DNA from: Malacoraja senta
Lineage: Eukaryota
Reading direction: 5' to 3'
NCBI GenBank assembly: GCA_038087875.1
Contig: CM075990.1
Location: 6,636,001-6,700,000 of the forward strand
DNA: 64,000 bases
A model generated the notes under the pieces. The model was not told the origin of the DNA. It did not search any database and saw only the letters and a program-made list of their open reading frames with translations. Below, piece after piece: positions 63,256-64,000 of this stretch (its first letter is position 1; every line of letters begins with the position of its first letter). Position numbers and translations under genes: made by a program.

Positions 63256-63563
63256 TGGGGCTGTCCCACTGTACGAGCTAATTCAAGAGTTCTCCCGAGT
63301 TTCCCCTGATTCGAACTCGGAGAATAGCCGCTCGTAGGTACTCGGGGCTCTCGAGGACATTTTTCAACATGTTGAAAAATCTTCACGAGTCTTCATGAGC
63401 TTACCGTGTTTCCCGAGTACCTGCTGTTAACATTACGAGCCGCTAAGAGACATCCCGAGCTCCGACGTACCCGCTACGTACATTCTACGTGCTTACCACG
63501 AGTTTGATTTTTTTTAAAACTTGGGAGAGCTCTTGAATTACCTCGTACAGTGGGACAGGCCCT
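63256..63563. mobile_element. Harbinger-like MITE, subfamily 4
   Basis: TGGGGCTGTCCCACTGTACGAG.TAATTCAAGAG ... CTCTTGAATTACCTCGTACAGTGGGACAGGCCCT; TAA TSD; central palindrome TTTTTCAACATGTTGAAAAA. Confidence 0.88.
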
Positions 63564-64000
63564 TAAAGAGACCACCCCCATGTGGTTCGGCCCCTCAAGG
63601 TTCGGGGACCTGTAAAAGTCCGCTACCACAAGGTCCTGTGTCGATCTTCTGGGAGAACGTTTGGGACTGCATGACCTTCCGGAGTGTCTCTGTTTGAGCG
63701 AGGCCAAGAGAGCTTGATCAGGCAGATACGAGGATCGAACCTGTGGTGGTTAGGTACAGTAGTTGAACTGTAATAGTGTTTTGTCAAAATAAAGTTTAGA
63801 TGCGCAAGTGCTTGACTCAATGATTTTTGACTGAAACTAGACTGGGGGGAAGCTTAGAACGAGCTATTTACAGACATGGATTCAAAGATTTCAGCTAATG
63901 ATCCCATCAGAATTGCGAAAATGAAGAAATGGAAAGTCTCATTGTCTAGCTGTAATTATTAAAATTAATACTATGGTGCGCATAGTGATGTTAGTAGTAC

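Overview
Repeat-dense, non-genic (intronic or intergenic) vertebrate DNA. It is most likely from a cartilaginous fish (probably a skate/ray), inferred from abundant HE1-like V-SINEs that share a 3' tail with CR1/HER1-type LINEs. I could not recognise any host protein-coding exon, and every convincing ORF belongs to a retrotransposon. The large elements are a 5'-truncated L1 with a 16-bp TSD (6817-11677), a near-intact full-length CR1 (16042-20683) and a 5'-truncated CR1 of another subfamily (~35920-39824). Smaller elements include Tx1, Rex1/Babar and Penelope fragments, about 20 V-SINEs, Penelope-derived hammerhead-like repeats, six Harbinger-like MITEs, one hAT-like element with an 8-bp TSD, one non-autonomous Helitron and long (CA)n/(TG)n/(CT)n tracts. 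Two observations stand out. (1) Both CR1 subfamilies end ORF1 with an in-frame T_TTA_AAC slippery heptamer followed 7-8 nt later by G-tracts, with ORF2 open in the -1 frame, suggesting programmed -1 ribosomal frameshifting. (2) Palindromic Penelope-derived units with head-to-head hammerhead-like arms are flanked by ~14-bp TSDs, suggesting a mobile non-autonomous unit. Family names come from motif recognition rather than database searches, and boundaries of degraded fragments are approximate.
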